Below, one piece after another: positions 39,010-48,452 of a stretch of DNA of 59,996 nt. The position numbers and the translations under genes are program-made. Position 1 is the stretch's first letter. Each line of letters begins with the position of its first letter. The notes beneath the pieces were generated by a model, which saw only the letters and a list, made by a program, of their open reading frames with translations, was not told the DNA's origin and searched no databases. This DNA is from a virus (taxonomy: Duplodnaviria; Caudoviricetes): positions 1 to 59,996 of the IMG/VR virus record IMGVR_UViG_3300023174_000183; one strand, 5' to 3'.

Positions 39010-42000
39010 TCAACTGGGTTTGACTAAACCAGTGTATTCGTTGAGTGCAGCATCATATTTGGCCTGAGCGTCTGCCGCTCTGGACTTGAGATCTGCGGCA
39101 TTGGTCTGAGCAGCACGTGCTGCTGCCAGAGCCTGATTGGCGTTCTTGCGCTGTACTGCTGCGAGATCAGACTGACCTGCAGCTTCGGACTTTTGTGCTC
39201 TTTCCATACCACTTTCATACAGATACTGTTGATTGTCTGCTTCATCCTGTGCTTGTCTGGCCTGAGATTGCAAAGATGATGCCTGACCGCCCAGAGTCTG
39301 TAACTCTTGCTGTAAGGTAGCGATTCGTTGAGCATTGGGATCAGGCGGGGTGGCCACCGGTTCAGTCTGCTGTGTGATGGGTTTTTCTTCTGCTGTGGCA
39401 TTGACCTCAGCCAGATCCTTCTGATCAGCAGCCGGTGGAATGTCAGGACCTGGTGGCTGACTGTCAGGTGCATTCTGATTGGGCCGGCCGCCTTCTTCAG
39501 GATCCTGAGATTTTTTAGTAGCCACACTGCCGGCACTGACATTTTCCACTGTGGGGCTGCCCATGCTTGTGGATTCTGATCGTTGCTCTGTGGAAGTTTT
39601 AATCTGGTTGACCTCATCTTCTTGCTGTCTGGAGGCCCTGACCAATGTCAGCTGCTGAGTAAACTGTCCATCTTTAAAATGATTAGCCACCATCAATAGT
39701 TTATAAAGCCCACTAAATGAACTTCGGGATAAGTTCTCATCACTGAATTTGATTAAGCCGTTGGTTTCATTGATATCCGTGGGAGTCCTAAAATTCAAAT
39801 TGACAAAAATCTGCCCATCATCGGTTCTGATACTGCCATTGGGTGTGAGTCTAACATCCGGTGTGTTGGCCGTATCTGATGCTTCTGTCAGATCGGCAGT
39901 GAATTCCGGAGGATAAAATACATCATCTTGTTTAATAAAATGTGGGTCGCCTAGGATTTTCAAATCAATTTGAATCATCTCACCTTCGGCCCGGCTAAGA
40001 ACATAATTTTCCAGATCGGTGGCGGCCACTTGTTCGGCAGTCACTGCGGCACCTGTGGCTCTAGATCTGGTATCAGCCACCATTGGGTGTGTTTGAATAG
40101 GTGCCACACTGGTACCAGCGGTTGTTGACCCTGTGCTGCTGCCCTGATACCCGTCGGCATTGGCATCTTTGTTGTCCTCGCCATCAGCCGGCACCGGATT
40201 GACCTCCACTAAGGCACTTCTGTAGGCAGTGGCCAGAGTATAAAAAGTCATGTTGAACTTTAATTCAAAATCCAGAATGTCAACATTTTTTCCAGTATAG
40301 ATATAGTTGTAAACTTTTGCTGGATATTGCTCTATGCCCCTGGGACCAAAGTCCAATGGCAAATTTTTCATTTTATATTTTTTGACGTAGTAAGTAATTT
40401 CCTTGCTATAAGTGTTGCGAATCTTATCAAATTGCTGCAATTTGATTTTGGGCACAATCTTCCACCACATGAGTGGTTTATCATTTGCTTTTAATTCGGC
40501 CCCATAGTCTGTGCCTTTTTTGTAATTTTCTGGAATCACCAATTGGTCCAGAATGTATGTGCTATTGCGCACAATATAATCAATGACTCTGTCCACTGTG
40601 GTGCCGGCGTTTATGGTAAAACTCTGTCTTTCTTGATCCAGCATGCCTTTGGCCTGACCACCATTGCTGAGGTACTGATCACTGACTCGCTGTGCGCTTT
40701 CCTGGGGAGTAAAAGCAGTGTCCTGATGGTTGATCAGGGTGTTGATGACAAATTTTGCTTTGGCAATGTCAGGGTCAAATTCAAATTTATAGACATCAGG
40801 ATATTCGATTTTGTTTTCTTTTTTGAGTGATTGTTGCCAATTATTGAGAGCTGCGGCATAACTGTCCACAGTGATGAAATCATCGGCCCCGGCTCGACGA
40901 CCACCACTGATGCTGCCATTCATGGCCTGATTAAAGACAACCTTGTCGCCTGCCTGACGTTCCATGCGTGTGGTCTGTGCCTCGGTGAGTTTTTCAGATT
41001 GGAAAAAGCTGCCCACTGTACTGCCAGTGACCTGAAACCCAGCTCGAGTGGTGCCGTAGATCTCACCAAAGGCTGCTTGCCCATAGACCACTGATTTGAT
41101 ATGATATTCTGCGCCCCTTTCAGTAATAGTGGATTCCATATTGAGCAACCGGATGGGAATACGTTTGGTCAGGTTGCTGAGTATGCCAGTGATTTCTCCA
41201 GCATTGTTCATGGCAAAAAAATCTATCTGTAGTAGATAGGGCATGTCCAAATAATTTTTACTGCCCACATCCTGACTGGTTTTTAACAGACGGTCGATCA
41301 GAGTGAACCCATAGGGTTCAATGATGGTAAAATCACAAGTTAGGGCATTGGTGTTTCTATTGCGCTCGGTGGGTTGAATCACGCTTTCCATGCTAAGACT
41401 TTCAAAATAAAAGTCCTCTTGGAATCTGGGCGCTCGAACAAATTGATCAGATCCTGTAGAATTATTATATCTACCAGCACTGGCTATGAGAACTCTTTGC
41501 GCTTGATATTGTTGAGTTTCCAACAAATCTATAAACTCCTGCCCGGTCAACATGTGCAAACTCAGATTATAGGTATAACTGGGATATTCATGCAGGGGGT
41601 TCATCAAAGGCTCAAATACAGGCGGCGGCAACCTGGCGGCAGTCACAACCACCGGACTATCCTGATACACGCCCTGAGCGTTGGCAGTCAATGACCGAGG
41701 TTCTGGATCAGACTCTTTTTTGACGGAACCCGCGGGTTCAACTGGAGGTTCCGAATCATTGGTCTGAGCCTGCTCTAATCGGGACTGTTCCTCGTCACTC
41801 AGACTGCCAGCAGGAGGCTCGGTCACTGCAGCCGCTGGCGGGGGCGGGGTATCATTATTGATGGCATCAGCTGCAGATGCGTTGGGTGGTGTCTCTGGTT
41901 GATTGGCCGCTACAAAATTTTCCAATCGACTTTTGGCCCGATTCAACTCCAGCAATAAAGATTGAGTGATATTAAATTGTTGATCTCGCTGATCTCTGAG

Positions 42001-42144
42001 ATTTATTGCCTCCGGAGTATTGCTTTGCCCTGCGCGTTGCAAGGAAAAATATTGTTCAGCCAATCTATTATTTGCGGCAATGCCATTATCATAAGCCACT
42101 TGGGCATTGGTCACTGCATTTTGTAGTTCCTCTGAGGTAGCCAT
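39010..42144 (-). CDS. Putative baseplate hub protein (gp27-like) with low-complexity/coiled-coil termini
   Basis: Position between gp53-like and gp5-like genes; FTIIEPYG, ILGDP, SGLYKL...NHF...GQFTQQLTLVR hub-type C-terminal motif. Confidence 0.6.
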   Translation of the reverse strand: MATSEELQNAVTNAQVAYDNGIAANNRLAEQYFSLQRAGQSNTPEAINLRDQRDQQFNITQSLLLELNRAKSRLENFVAANQPETPPNASAADAINNDTPPPPAAAVTEPPAGSLSDEEQSRLEQAQTNDSEPPVEPAGSVKKESDPEPRSLTANAQGVYQDSPVVVTAARLPPPVFEPLMNPLHEYPSYTYNLSLHMLTGQEFIDLLETQQYQAQRVLIASAGRYNNSTGSDQFVRAPRFQEDFYFESLSMESVIQPTERNRNTNALTCDFTIIEPYGFTLIDRLLKTSQDVGSKNYLDMPYLLQIDFFAMNNAGEITGILSNLTKRIPIRLLNMESTITERGAEYHIKSVVYGQAAFGEIYGTTRAGFQVTGSTVGSFFQSEKLTEAQTTRMERQAGDKVVFNQAMNGSISGGRRAGADDFITVDSYAAALNNWQQSLKKENKIEYPDVYKFEFDPDIAKAKFVINTLINHQDTAFTPQESAQRVSDQYLSNGGQAKGMLDQERQSFTINAGTTVDRVIDYIVRNSTYILDQLVIPENYKKGTDYGAELKANDKPLMWWKIVPKIKLQQFDKIRNTYSKEITYYVKKYKMKNLPLDFGPRGIEQYPAKVYNYIYTGKNVDILDFELKFNMTFYTLATAYRSALVEVNPVPADGEDNKDANADGYQGSSTGSTTAGTSVAPIQTHPMVADTRSRATGAAVTAEQVAATDLENYVLSRAEGEMIQIDLKILGDPHFIKQDDVFYPPEFTADLTEASDTANTPDVRLTPNGSIRTDDGQIFVNLNFRTPTDINETNGLIKFSDENLSRSSFSGLYKLLMVANHFKDGQFTQQLTLVRASRQQEDEVNQIKTSTEQRSESTSMGSPTVENVSAGSVATKKSQDPEEGGRPNQNAPDSQPPGPDIPPAADQKDLAEVNATAEEKPITQQTEPVATPPDPNAQRIATLQQELQTLGGQASSLQSQARQAQDEADNQQYLYESGMERAQKSEAAGQSDLAAVQRKNANQALAAARAAQTNAADLKSRAADAQAKYDAALNEYTGLVKPS

Positions 42145-42150
42145 GCCCGA

Positions 42151-42453
42151 TTACAACCCCAACACAGATTTGAGCACAGATTTTTTAGGAACGAATATGG
42201 TGGCACCGGGTATGAAATCAAACACCGGATCCTGCAGCACATTGGGGTTGCGTACTGAGAACACCCACCATAACGATACATCGCCATACAAGTCGTTGGC
42301 CAGCAGATCAGGACGATGACGATAAACTGCATCTATCTCATATTTGATATCGCTGGGATCCTGAGGTATTTTGGGTATAGTAGCCACATCCAGAAAGAAA
42401 CTGTAGAATTCACTCTGACTATAAGGGCTGCTTTTGTTGTAACTGACAGCCAT
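42151..42453 (-). CDS. gp53: Baseplate wedge protein gp53-like (LysM-like)
   Basis: RPDLLANDLYGDVSLWWVF...NP...G..I.VP. Confidence 0.8.
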   Translation of the reverse strand: MAVSYNKSSPYSQSEFYSFFLDVATIPKIPQDPSDIKYEIDAVYRHRPDLLANDLYGDVSLWWVFSVRNPNVLQDPVFDFIPGATIFVPKKSVLKSVLGL

Positions 42454-43769
42454 TAAATGAATCCCCCATAACCATTTTTTCTATCTGCCAACAACATCCC
42501 AGCAGCGAATTTGTCAAGATTAAATCTGTCATGTATATTTTTACGACTGTACATGGGCCGCACTGTGACCGAAATGGTGCTGAGAGTGGGCATTCGAGTC
42601 TTAGAGGTTAAGGTCTTGGTTTCGCGAGTTCTGCCGCTGCTGATGCTGCCGTTCATGCTGACATTTTTTGCTGGACCGGTCGAAGTGGTCACTACTTCTG
42701 ATGTGGTGATGTCAACATCAATGTAATCTACATCAGCTGGTAATGTATGACTGAAACTGGTAATCACGCATGGCACATGCGGAAAATAATGACTGCCGTA
42801 GCCATCTAAAAACACCATTGGAGGAGGATTGCCCACATTGGCACCGGATCCAAAAAACATTTTGGTGGCCGCGCGGAAGAAATAAACTGCTGCCATGAGA
42901 TAGCGACCTTCATCCTGACTTTGCACTGTAAAATCGCCGGAAATCTGTATTTCCTGAACTTCACTGTGACTGTAAAAACTTGGCGGATAGTTGCTGTGGG
43001 TGAGGCTGGCCTGATTATAAGTGGCCGAATGTGTCACAGTGATTTGAGGAGTGTACGGCCATATGACTCCGTTGGTTTCAACCAATGGCTTCATGAGCTC
43101 ATTTTGGTCACTGCCTGTGGATTTGTAGAATATGTTGGCGCCGGTGGCTAAACTGATGCGAACTCGCCAGTCAGTATCGGCTGGGCCAGGGCCTGGATCA
43201 TTTGCACCCTGAAATGCCACTGTGGGCTCTGCTGCACCCGGCAGTTCCCCGCCAGGCGGTAATCCATTGGAATCCATTCTGGCAGCCTCCGGATCTGTCA
43301 GTGCAGCAGTATTATCTGCATCGGGGTGCCAGTCGGGATTAAATGTATCTGGTGCTTCACCGTAATTGGTGGTGGTGCCCATTTCTGATCCAGCGTCATT
43401 ATAATAGGTATCAGTGAATGCGTCCTGTGCGCCGCCGCCAAAGTAGGTGGTAGTGCCGTCAGCGGCATCAGGAAAACCAGTAAGCCGACCATTCACTGCA
43501 CCCGATGGTGCGTAAACTGTGCCGTCATCGCCTACCACAAACCCACCATTGGTGGTGGCTGCTGCAGAGTAATTACCAGTCTGCTGATCTAAATTAGCAG
43601 CAGAGTCAGCCTGCTGCACGCTGCCTGCTGTGGGGCCAAAGTCAGCTCGTTCTCCGGCATATTGCTGTTCCATGACCGACGCTTGCTGATCTCTGGACAA
43701 AGAGCCAAAACTCACCGTGTGACCGGTGGCGGGATCTGCGACTTGGGAATCTGGAAGGAAGATTGCCAT
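42453..43769 (-). CDS. Tail tube initiator/baseplate cap (gp48/gp54-like) with long acidic N-terminal extension
   Basis: VIWPYTPQI, ISGDFT, GNPPPMVFLDGYG, VPCVITSFSHTLPADVDY. Start moved to ATG 43769 (MAIFLPD). Confidence 0.7.
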   Translation of the reverse strand: MAIFLPDSQVADPATGHTVSFGSLSRDQQASVMEQQYAGERADFGPTAGSVQQADSAANLDQQTGNYSAAATTNGGFVVGDDGTVYAPSGAVNGRLTGFPDAADGTTTYFGGGAQDAFTDTYYNDAGSEMGTTTNYGEAPDTFNPDWHPDADNTAALTDPEAARMDSNGLPPGGELPGAAEPTVAFQGANDPGPGPADTDWRVRISLATGANIFYKSTGSDQNELMKPLVETNGVIWPYTPQITVTHSATYNQASLTHSNYPPSFYSHSEVQEIQISGDFTVQSQDEGRYLMAAVYFFRAATKMFFGSGANVGNPPPMVFLDGYGSHYFPHVPCVITSFSHTLPADVDYIDVDITTSEVVTTSTGPAKNVSMNGSISSGRTRETKTLTSKTRMPTLSTISVTVRPMYSRKNIHDRFNLDKFAAGMLLADRKNGYGGFI

Positions 43770-43786
43770 TTTGATAGATAAACCTT

Positions 43787-43816
43787 TTGCTATTAGATAT
43801 TTATTGGCTATATAAT
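43787..43816 (+). promoter_or_regulatory. Putative sigma70-type promoter for the gp55 operon
   Basis: TTGCTA-18 bp-TATAAT upstream of an AAGGA RBS. Confidence 0.45.
43798..43804 (-). promoter_or_regulatory. Late promoter ATAAATA for the tail operon
   Basis: In the divergent intergenic gap upstream of ATG 43769. Confidence 0.55.
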
Positions 43817-43837
43817 AGTAGTTGTTAAAAGGAACAT

Positions 43838-44716
43838 TTGCCAATGCGCAAGGTCAACTACTTAAACAATAAAGACATACTAAAAGAAATACACCGTAGC
43901 AAAATCACTTACTGTAGTTTTACCACACCTGATGTAGCTAATTATGATTTAATTATTGAATCTGTCAGCAAAATCAATAAAAAATCAGTTGCCGAAGCCA
44001 GAAAGGCGCGAGCCGAGCGACTGGCCAAAGAAGCGCAGGATATGGAATTGGCTCAGGGCAACAAAATCAAATTGGACGACCTAATAGCGGCAGCCACTGA
44101 CATTCCAGTCACTGATGTGGTGTTTAGAGTCATGACATGGGATCATGTGCCCATCGACGAAGTCAAACAACGCAAGTCGGATGCCAAAGCACAAGAAGAA
44201 TACGAAGAAGAGTTGGCAGAAACTGAATACGACGAGCCCATTGCACAGATACGCGGACCTTCTAAATATGTCAAGGTCAACTTTCCACCATTTCAACATT
44301 ACAAGGTCACAGAAGATCTAGAGCCCGTGTTGGTGGGCCGGAGCCACTGGATGGGCGATTTGGAATCTGGCATGTTCAGTCGAGATCATGGTGCAATGAC
44401 ACCCAAATTGGCTCATATGTTTGTCAAACTGTGTGAACGTTATGCCACACGCAGCAACTGGCGAGGCTATACCTACAACGACGAGATGCGCAGTCAGGCC
44501 TTGCTGCAGCTGAGTCAGATTGGTCTACAATTTGATGAATCAAAATCACAGAATCCCTTTGCTTATTATACCGCTGCTATTACCAACAGTTTTACTCGAG
44601 TATTGAATATAGAAAAACGCAACCAGAACATCCGAGATGACATCCTGGAAATGAACAACTATAATCCCAGTTATACCCGACAAAACGAATGGGGCGGCGG
44701 CCATTACGATGAGTAA
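43838..44716 (+). CDS. gp55: Late-transcription sigma factor (T4 gp55-like)
   Basis: NYLNNKDIL...; NWRGYTYNDEM, FDESKSQNPFAYYT, FTRVLNIEKR; upstream of gp47/gp46 as in T4-like phages. Start TTG 43838 or ATG 43844. Confidence 0.88.
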   Translation: MPMRKVNYLNNKDILKEIHRSKITYCSFTTPDVANYDLIIESVSKINKKSVAEARKARAERLAKEAQDMELAQGNKIKLDDLIAAATDIPVTDVVFRVMTWDHVPIDEVKQRKSDAKAQEEYEEELAETEYDEPIAQIRGPSKYVKVNFPPFQHYKVTEDLEPVLVGRSHWMGDLESGMFSRDHGAMTPKLAHMFVKLCERYATRSNWRGYTYNDEMRSQALLQLSQIGLQFDESKSQNPFAYYTAAITNSFTRVLNIEKRNQNIRDDILEMNNYNPSYTRQNEWGGGHYDE

Positions 44717-45725
44717 CTTGTTTAAGAAAGCGGCTGTTTTAACTGATATTCACTTTGGATTAAAGAGCAACAGTCAGACACACAACGACGATTGTCTTAG
44801 CTTTGTCAAATGGTTTATAGAAACCGCTAAGGCAGAAGACTGCGATACCTGTTTTGTCACAGGTGACTGGCACAACAATCGTGCGTCCATCAACATAGTC
44901 ACACTCAACTACAGTCTCGCAGCATTGGAGTTGTTGGGTCGATCTTTTGATCGTGTGTTCTTTATTCCTGGCAACCACGATTTGTACTACAGAGACAAAC
45001 GTGATATACAATCAGCCGAGTGGGCCCGGCATATTCCCAATATTGAGATCGTCAACGACTTCTACACCGAGGGCGATGTCAGTATTGTGCCTTGGTTGGT
45101 GGGCGATGATCACAAGAAACTGGGCAAGATTGAAGCCAAATATATGTTTGGGCATTTTGAATTGCCACACTTTTACATGAATGCCATGGTACAAATGCCG
45201 GATCATGGCGAAATCAAAGAGGACGCGTTCAACGGAGTAGAACGTGTGTTTACTGGGCATTTCCACAAACGACAGCAGCGTGGCAACATCACCTACATTG
45301 GCAATTGTTTTCCACACAATTATGCCGATGCCGGAGATGATGAGCGTGGTATGATGATTTTGGAATGGGGTCAGGAGCCAAAATACCATGCTTGGCCCAA
45401 CCAACCCCGTTACCGAGTCTATGGTCTCAGTGATGTGCTCAAAGCTCCTGAAAAGTTGCTGTTGCCCAACATGCACTGTCGTGTTAATATTGATATTGAT
45501 ATCACCTACGAAGAATCAACTTTTATCAAGGAAACATTCGTGGGCACCTATGGTCTCAGAGAAATGACTTTGGTGCCCAACAAAAATCTAGACCTAAGCT
45601 CAGACGGTGCTGCTGGCAATATTGCATTTGAAAGCGTGGACACCATTGTCACCAATCAATTGACCAATATTGCCAGCGAACACTACGATTCTAAAATTCT
45701 ACTAGACATTTATCGGCATCTATAA
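44709..45725 (+). CDS. gp47: Recombination nuclease, Mre11/SbcD-like (gp47)
   Basis: TDIHFG, GDW, GNHD, GHF, GHFH metallophosphoesterase motifs. Confidence 0.93.
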   Translation: MSNLFKKAAVLTDIHFGLKSNSQTHNDDCLSFVKWFIETAKAEDCDTCFVTGDWHNNRASINIVTLNYSLAALELLGRSFDRVFFIPGNHDLYYRDKRDIQSAEWARHIPNIEIVNDFYTEGDVSIVPWLVGDDHKKLGKIEAKYMFGHFELPHFYMNAMVQMPDHGEIKEDAFNGVERVFTGHFHKRQQRGNITYIGNCFPHNYADAGDDERGMMILEWGQEPKYHAWPNQPRYRVYGLSDVLKAPEKLLLPNMHCRVNIDIDITYEESTFIKETFVGTYGLREMTLVPNKNLDLSSDGAAGNIAFESVDTIVTNQLTNIASEHYDSKILLDIYRHL

Positions 45726-46450
45726 TGAAAATCTATACCAATGGGTGTTCATTTACCTACGGTGACGAATTAACTGATCCCAACAAAAGTGCATGGCCGG
45801 TGTTGTTGGGCAACAAACTAAATGCCACTAATGTGTTCAACGATGCTGAATCGGGAGGATCGAACCAACGACTGATCTATCAAACAATAAAAAATTTGAA
45901 AGAATGTTACGATCTATATATTTTGGCATGGACCAGTAATGCTCGGTTTACTTTTTACAAATCAGATAATAATTTTAGCATACACTTTAACCCATCTCTG
46001 ACCCACTCCTTTTACGGTCAAGAAAAATTTTATGCTGATTGGGGCAAAAGACTCTATAAATTTTGGTACAATGAACTTTTTTCATTTAAATTATGGTTAC
46101 AACAAATCATCCAACTGCAAGCATTGCTGGAAATCAACAACAGTCAGTATTTGATGCTGAACACATTTGAAAACCATCTAAAGTCATGGTCTTCTGATTG
46201 GCCAAATTTCATCAATCAAGTCAAACCTTTGATCAATTTCAAAATCATGAATGACGATCAAATATTTGCAGAATATGAAGAAATACAATATTATATTAGT
46301 TTAATTGACACAACAAAATTTTATAAATGGAATGAATTTTGTATAGCAGAATTATCATTGAGTTGTCCAGTGGGACCCAATGGACATATATTAGAACAAG
46401 GTCACGAAAAACTTGCTGAACTATTACACCATCATTTATGTTTAAAGTAA
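45725..46450 (+). CDS. SGNH hydrolase-like protein inserted between gp47 and gp46
   Basis: YTNGCSFTYGDEL...AWP, GGSNQR, AWTSNAR, NGHILEQGHEKLAE; visibly AT-richer than flanks. Confidence 0.75.
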   Translation: MKIYTNGCSFTYGDELTDPNKSAWPVLLGNKLNATNVFNDAESGGSNQRLIYQTIKNLKECYDLYILAWTSNARFTFYKSDNNFSIHFNPSLTHSFYGQEKFYADWGKRLYKFWYNELFSFKLWLQQIIQLQALLEINNSQYLMLNTFENHLKSWSSDWPNFINQVKPLINFKIMNDDQIFAEYEEIQYYISLIDTTKFYKWNEFCIAELSLSCPVGPNGHILEQGHEKLAELLHHHLCLK

Positions 46451-48210
46451 AACACCTCACAGTTAAAAACTTCATGAGTGTGGGCAATGCCACACAGGCG
46501 GTGAATTTTGATCGTCGGGATCTGACACTGGTGCTGGGGGAAAACATTGACCTAGGCGGTGATGATACAGGTGCTAGAAATGGCACCGGTAAGACCACTA
46601 TCATCAATGCCCTGAGCTATGCATTATACGGCAATGCTTTGACCAATATCCGCAAAGATAATTTGATCAACAAAACCAATGCCCGAAACATGTTAGTGAC
46701 TATTGATTTTGAAGTCAATGGCATAGAGTACAGGATTGAGCGCGGCCGAAAAACCAATGTGCTAAAGTTCTACATTGGAGATCAGGAACAAGAGAGCAAA
46801 GACGACAACAGTCAGGGCGACAGCAGAGAAACACAACAGGAGATTGAGCGTCTGTTGGGCATGAGTCACGACATGTTCAAGCACATTGTGGCACTTAACA
46901 CCTACACCGAGCCCTTTCTGAATCTCAGAGCCAATGATCAACGCAGTATTATCGAACAACTGTTGGGCATCACCCTGCTGAGTGAAAAGGCAGAAAGTCT
47001 CAAAGAGCAAAGTAAACAGACACGAGATGCCATCACCGAAGAAGAATATCGCATCAAGGCCTTGATTGAAGCCAACACTAAAATTAAAGAGCAAATAGAA
47101 AATCAGATTCGACGGCAGACCTTGTGGCAGAACAAGCATACGGAAGATGTTGCCAAATTACAGGTGGCGTTAGATGAGTTGCTGACGTTGGATATTGACG
47201 CCGAAATACTGGCACACCAACAGTTGGCTCAGTATCGACAGCGTGTTCGAGATCTCACCGATCTTAATAAATTCATCGCTCGAGCAGAATCTGACCAGTC
47301 ACGACAACAACGCAACATTGAAAAATTACAAAAAGAAATCACAGACTTAAAAAATCATCGGTGTTATGCCTGTGGACAGGACATACACGATGCCAAACAT
47401 CAGGAAGTGCTGCAGGCCAAGGAACAGAGTCTGCAGGAAGAACTTGCACATTTATCCGACACTCAACAACAAATACAGCAACTGAGTCAAGCAGTTCAGG
47501 ACCTGGGGGAGTTGGGCATTGAACCCAAGGTATTCTACAGCAAAGAAGAAGATGCCATACATCATCGCAGCACAGTGACAAATCTTCAACAACAACTCAA
47601 CACCAAGAAGTCAGAAATAGATCCATATGCCGAACAGATTCTGGAAATGCAACAGACCGCGCTGGTTGAAATTGACTATGGCATCATCAATGATCTCAAT
47701 CGCATACGGGATCATCAGGAATTTCTGTTAAAACTCTTGACCAACAAAGACTCGTTTATTCGTAAGAGAATCATTGATCAGAATCTCAGTTATCTCAACA
47801 CTCGATTGGGGCAATATCTGGAAAGAATTGGACTACCGCATACCGTGACATTTCAAAACGATTTGTCAGTCAACATCAATGAACTGGGTCGCGAACTGGA
47901 TTTTGACAATTTGAGTCGAGGTGAGCGCAATCGTCTGATATTGAGTCTGAGCTGGGCATTCCGCGATGTTTGGGAGTCATTGTATCAACCCATCAATTTG
48001 TTGTTTATTGATGAGCTGATAGATTCGGGCATGGACACCAGTGGTGTGGAAAATGCACTGGCCATACTCAAACGCATGAGCAGAGAAGCTCAAAAGAGCA
48101 TCTGGTTGGTCAGTCACAAGGATGAATTGGCCGGCCGAGTCAACAACATCATGACAGTGGTCAAAGAAAATGGCTTTACCACCTACAACACTGATGTGGA
48201 AGTAAAATAA
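46438..48210 (+). CDS. gp46: Recombination ATPase, Rad50/SbcC-like (gp46)
   Basis: KNFMSVG, Walker A NGTGKTT, zinc hook CYAC, signature LSRGE, Walker B LLFIDE, SH switch. Confidence 0.95.
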   Translation: MFKVKHLTVKNFMSVGNATQAVNFDRRDLTLVLGENIDLGGDDTGARNGTGKTTIINALSYALYGNALTNIRKDNLINKTNARNMLVTIDFEVNGIEYRIERGRKTNVLKFYIGDQEQESKDDNSQGDSRETQQEIERLLGMSHDMFKHIVALNTYTEPFLNLRANDQRSIIEQLLGITLLSEKAESLKEQSKQTRDAITEEEYRIKALIEANTKIKEQIENQIRRQTLWQNKHTEDVAKLQVALDELLTLDIDAEILAHQQLAQYRQRVRDLTDLNKFIARAESDQSRQQRNIEKLQKEITDLKNHRCYACGQDIHDAKHQEVLQAKEQSLQEELAHLSDTQQQIQQLSQAVQDLGELGIEPKVFYSKEEDAIHHRSTVTNLQQQLNTKKSEIDPYAEQILEMQQTALVEIDYGIINDLNRIRDHQEFLLKLLTNKDSFIRKRIIDQNLSYLNTRLGQYLERIGLPHTVTFQNDLSVNINELGRELDFDNLSRGERNRLILSLSWAFRDVWESLYQPINLLFIDELIDSGMDTSGVENALAILKRMSREAQKSIWLVSHKDELAGRVNNIMTVVKENGFTTYNTDVEVK

Positions 48211-48233
48211 TTTTCTACAAATTACATTTGCAT

Positions 48234-48239
48234 TAAATA
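48234..48239 (+). promoter_or_regulatory. Late promoter TAAATA
   Basis: Intergenic, followed by an AAGGAG RBS and ATG 48261. Confidence 0.5.
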
Positions 48240-48260
48240 AAATCACAAGGAGAGTATAAA

Positions 48261-48452
48261 ATGGAATCAACCACACACGAACAAATTGTAGCAGCATACG
48301 AAGCATACCTAGCAGAGAACGAAAAGTTTGAAGTCAAAGGTGTCAAGGCAGCAAGTGCTCGGGCCCGTGCCGCACTGGGAGATCTAGGCAAGCTGGCCAA
48401 GGTTCGCCGCGCCGAAATTCAAGAAAAGAAAAACTCACTGTCTGCTAAATGA
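48261..48452 (+). CDS. Histone H1-like (Hc1-family) DNA-binding protein
   Basis: EKFEVKGVKAASARARAALGDLGKLAKVRRAEI matches the Hc1-type KGNKAAG.RARK pattern; strong RBS. Confidence 0.7.
   Translation: MESTTHEQIVAAYEAYLAENEKFEVKGVKAASARARAALGDLGKLAKVRRAEIQEKKNSLSAK

Noticed and set aside
43770-43844. N-terminal extension of the gp48-like ORF to 43844
   Set aside because: It overlaps the divergent gp55 start and both promoters; ATG 43769 is more plausible.
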